Source: Dimargaris cristalligena
Lineage: Eukaryota
Assembly: GCA_003614675.1 (NCBI GenBank)
Contig: ML002275.1
Span: forward strand, 1-49,779
Length of the DNA stretch: 49,779 nt
Direction: 5' to 3'
The translations under genes and the position numbers were made by a program. Below are positions 46,255 to 49,779 of the stretch, in pieces. Under the pieces are notes generated by a model that saw only the letters and a program-made list of their open reading frames with translations, was not told the DNA's origin and made no database searches. Every line of letters starts with the position of its first letter. Positions within the stretch are counted from its first letter, which is position 1.

Positions 46255-47336
46255 ATGCCCGCCGCTTCCACACGGAAACCCGCCCCCGCGGCCGAAGCCC
46301 CAACGGAACTCTCTCCCTATGAAAAGGCTTTCCGTTCCGATGTCGAGTGGTCCAAGGTTAGTACAATATATATATATATATATACCTTGTGAATGTGAAT
46401 GGTAATTCAAGTGTAAATGTGCGCGTGTGCCGCGATACAGTCAGCCTGTTATTAGCGGGAAAGAGTATACGGACAGGGAGATACGAAGACGACCCATACC
46501 TTCGGGTCTATCCGCGCTTCCCTGCTTTCCCGTTTCAGACCCACCTTGTGGTTTACCCTAGCGATAGATATAGCGGGTAAATTGGGCCAATGGATCGCTG
46601 GCCCCGGTCATCTGAGCCCAATGTTTCTTAGTTCTTAGGGTACCCGGGCCACCGATATTAACCCCTTCCCTCCTCCCTCCCTTGGCATCCATCTCGGCTG
46701 GTCCACAATCTTCTGCCTATTCTCTATTGCTTCCCGCCGCGCCAATCTATCCGGTATTTCGCCAGACCGAACTCAAAGACGTCCTCTTTTGGCTCCTCAG
46801 CGGACTATCCCTGGTGTCCGGACTGATCTGTGGTGTCTTGGGTCTCACCGGCTATGTCGGCTTTATCAGGTGAGATACATCTTTGAATTCGGGACTCTCT
46901 GAATTGGACATGGGCCTTTGATTCTTCAATCGCCACCAATTCATGCTAAAAAATATCCGCCCCTTGGTACTATTGACTTCGCTATGCCCAATCTCCCTAC
47001 CGAGCACAGCCCGACTAACCCCTTACACTCTACCTCTACGTTCATTGCACGACTGGCCCGGTCTCCCAAATGTGACCCTAACTGGTGCCTCCTTTAACGG
47101 CCCTTCTTGGCTACGCCCTTGTTCCACCCCTATTCCCTCCCTCCCCAACAACCAGCTATTTCGTAACGTCGTTTTCGGCCATGTCCTATTACATTGGCAC
47201 GTTTCTGCAGCTCGATGCCGATGATTTCGGCGGAAAAGCCGAGCTCCTGCAAGATGCGTATACTGCTGGACTAGGCGTCTTTTTGACTGGCTGGATTTGT
47301 ATGTACACCCTGTTTCATGGGGCGTCGGCCAACTAA
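46255..47336 (+). CDS. RAB5IF: Rab5ip-family membrane protein, RAB5IF/OPTI (C20orf24)-like; exons 46255-46356, 46766-46869, 47156-47336; 128 aa
   Basis: The spliced protein KAFRSDVEWSK-TELKDVLFWL..GLICGVLGLTGYVG..FLQLDADDFGGKAELLQDA..VFLTGWICMYT matches the OPTI pattern (W..KDEFLDVIYW..GVIWGVLPLRG..YLQIDEEEYGG.WEL..F...WI..YT) rather than EMC6. Confidence 0.78.
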
Positions 47337-49217
47337 GTCCTCGCAAGGCATTTCCGTGTTTATGATTGAACTTCGGTTAAGGCCCGTTCCATAGTCCCTG
47401 TGACAAAATAGATCCAACTATCCAACCGAACAAATCGTCGAGTGCCCATTTTTATTCAGCCCGGTAGGAGTCTTCGACTGGTCGTTTTTTTTTGTTTGGA
47501 CATTACCCCACACATCCATCCCCTCTGTTCATATATTGGAACGGCTCAACTAATGGGACTTGGCCCTATATGTACAGTCTACCCTGGCTTGAAAAATACC
47601 CGGCTCTTAAAATAAATTAAAATGGTAACCAAGGGCATCCACCTCTAGAAATGGGCGGAGTTCCCAGTCCGGATAGTCTAAATTAATGGAATGCCCTATT
47701 CCATAACGGGGCCCGTGTTAATTGCATACCTCGCTCCCTTCTTTTTTGTTCACCCATGCGCCAAGTTGATCGCTTTGGCCCATTAGGGCTGCTAATGAGC
47801 TGGAGGAGAGCATGGGAAAGCAAGGGACTGCGGGCCCAGAGGGAACTGGAGCCCACCGTAGCAAGTGGCCTTTCCCTTAGCAAGCCAATTGACCTTGTCA
47901 CAGAATGCCCCGGGGGGCTGACTGCGAATGGGATACCCTACTTATCTACTACTAATAAATTATGGAGTCGGTACGTGGAGCAACTGGAGCTTTGACTGCT
48001 GCTGCCCTACTACTGCACATCATTAATTCGAGAAATGGGATCTGCCACATGAACAAAGCTGTTTGCTAAAACGAAAGGCCGACAACCAATCGATTGGATT
48101 ATGTTGGGCAGTCGGAATAGATATAATGCTGCCCCATCTTTTTAAACACATTCATTCCCTTAAGTCATACCAGCGGCCTAGCTGAAATAAAAAATATATA
48201 TATTTGCAACTGTTCTTATGGTAGAATGCACTTCTATATAACTATAGTAAACCGGAAGAAAAATGAGGGGAGGAGAGAGAGGAGAAATGAAGCATCTATT
48301 CCGGCCGTTGGCCCGACAGAATATTCTGTTGGGATCTCTTGTCGTTTTACAAAGGGTGGCGGTGTATATACCCTGACTACTCGGGTCCCGATATCGCGAA
48401 TTTGATTCCCAATCTCCCGCCTAGCTGTTACCTCTGTAGAGGAGGAGGGGGCGGATAGTGAAGGAAAAGTGTATGGACTTGGCCAGATAGCCATGGGAAG
48501 TAGTAGCCAGTGATAAGATGGGCCCATCCGCAAGTAGCGACTTCGGCATAAAGGGGTCCCGAGTTTTGCAGTCCACCTAAGATCCACGGTAAAGGGAGGG
48601 GGGTAACGGGCAATGTCCTTATACTCTCTCCTAACTTGGATATTGGCCGCGTAAGTTGGGCGGAAAGGGGGGGCGGGGCATGTCTATGTGCTTTCGGTGG
48701 TTGGACTACTTGGGTCCATGAAACACTCGTAAATTCAGCCGAGATACCCTCGGGTATACATCCCATCCTTCGCAATTAACATATAAATAGTCAACCCTTG
48801 TCACCCTTCTAATGAACCATCATCAAGTACATCTAGGTTCTCCCTTTTCTACCTAACTCGTTTATCTCTTCCTGTCAAGTGTACCTTCATTCGGTATTCC
48901 CTCTTTTTCCGCCTTTCTAATCCGATTAATATCTTCTCGCAATTGATAAGTGCTACGCGTTTATTGATTGTTCGAGTTGATTTAATTTCGCCACTATCCG
49001 TCTCCGCTCACCGTTTTCTATCCAGCCATTACTTCGTTTTCTCCAATCTCTGGATTTTAATGCCTTTGTGAATCTACGATAATATCACAGACTCTTTCGC
49101 TCGCTTTTAGTTTCCATAATTCAACAGTTAAATTATCCCTATTTAACTGCTTTCACTTCCGACTCCTATAAGCGACCGCCCTTCACTTATCCCTCATTCT
49201 CACTCTCAATCACCATC

Positions 49218-49766
49218 ATGAGAATCAACATCGCCCTCTTCTTAGTCGCCGTCATGATTTGCGGTGCCGTGTCTGCTCCCGTTGACCAGGGCCTTGGAAA
49301 CCACCTAATTCGCCGCAGCGGCTCTGGTGAGGAATCTGATACCTCCTCGGGTAAGGAGGAGAAATCATCATCCAAGTCAGATGATGCCGAGACTGAGGAA
49401 GATACGTCGAGTAAGAGTGAGAAAACGGAAAAGAGCAGCAAGGACACCAGTGAATCGAATGAAAAGGAAAGTATCAATACGACCAGCGAGTCCAAGTCCA
49501 AGGAAGATTCGGAGAATACCGAGGAAGAGACAAAGTCAAAGACAACCACTGACAAGTCGAAGTCTGAGGATGACTCAGAGAGTGGCGATAAAAAGACCGA
49601 TAAAAAGACAACCGAGAAAGAGGCCGAAGGTGGCGAGAGCGAAAGTGCGTCGACGGGCAAGGGCGGTATTTCGGGGTCATTTGAGGGTATGTCGACTTTC
49701 TACGACGGCAAAGGAACCCATGCCTGCGGCAATGAAGGAAAAGATGGCGAACTGACGGTGGCTATT
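49218..49766 (+). CDS. Secreted RlpA-like double-psi beta-barrel / expansin-like protein, first exon (gene continues beyond window)
   Basis: Signal peptide, LIRR dibasic site, long S/E/K/T/D-rich linker, then FEGMSTFYDG.G..ACG....GELTVAI. Donor GTAAGT at 49767. Confidence 0.8.
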
Positions 49767-49779
49767 GTAAGTACTTAAT

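Noticed and set aside
47683-48775. Short ORFs between the OPTI-like and expansin-like genes
   Set aside because: No motifs, splice structure or codon bias, so treated as intergenic/promoter DNA.

Overview
Eukaryotic genomic DNA from an intron-containing fungus. GT-AG introns of about 140-410 nt and genes lost in yeasts (BORCS5, RAB5IF/OPTI, a USP25/28-like protein) suggest an early-diverging lineage, possibly Zoopagomycota (inference). About 14 protein-coding genes were reconstructed by hand-splicing: a 5'-truncated membrane-anchored PDI (Eps1-like), TSR2, an orphan low-complexity regulator-like gene after an 11.8-kb gene-poor stretch, SPF30, mitoribosomal mL43, urate oxidase, VPS27, a secreted Kex2-processed repeat peptide precursor, a six-exon BORCS5 homolog, a PaaI/ACOT13-like thioesterase, a DUF202 membrane protein, a UBA-UIM-UIM USP25/28-like pseudo-deubiquitinase, RAB5IF/OPTI, and a 3'-truncated RlpA/expansin-like secreted protein. 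Mobile DNA: six copies of a ~140-bp MITE flanked by ATAT-like duplications, and two related solo LTRs with target-site duplications. The best candidate for an undescribed system is the precursor at 29876-30379. It has a signal peptide, an acidic pro-region and two Kex2-released cationic peptides sharing a conserved 29-aa core. About 1 kb downstream lies a 2.2-kb block whose only surviving CpGs are in CCG/CGG context, suggesting context-specific methylation-driven or RIP-like hypermutation. All family assignments are from motif recognition, not database searches.
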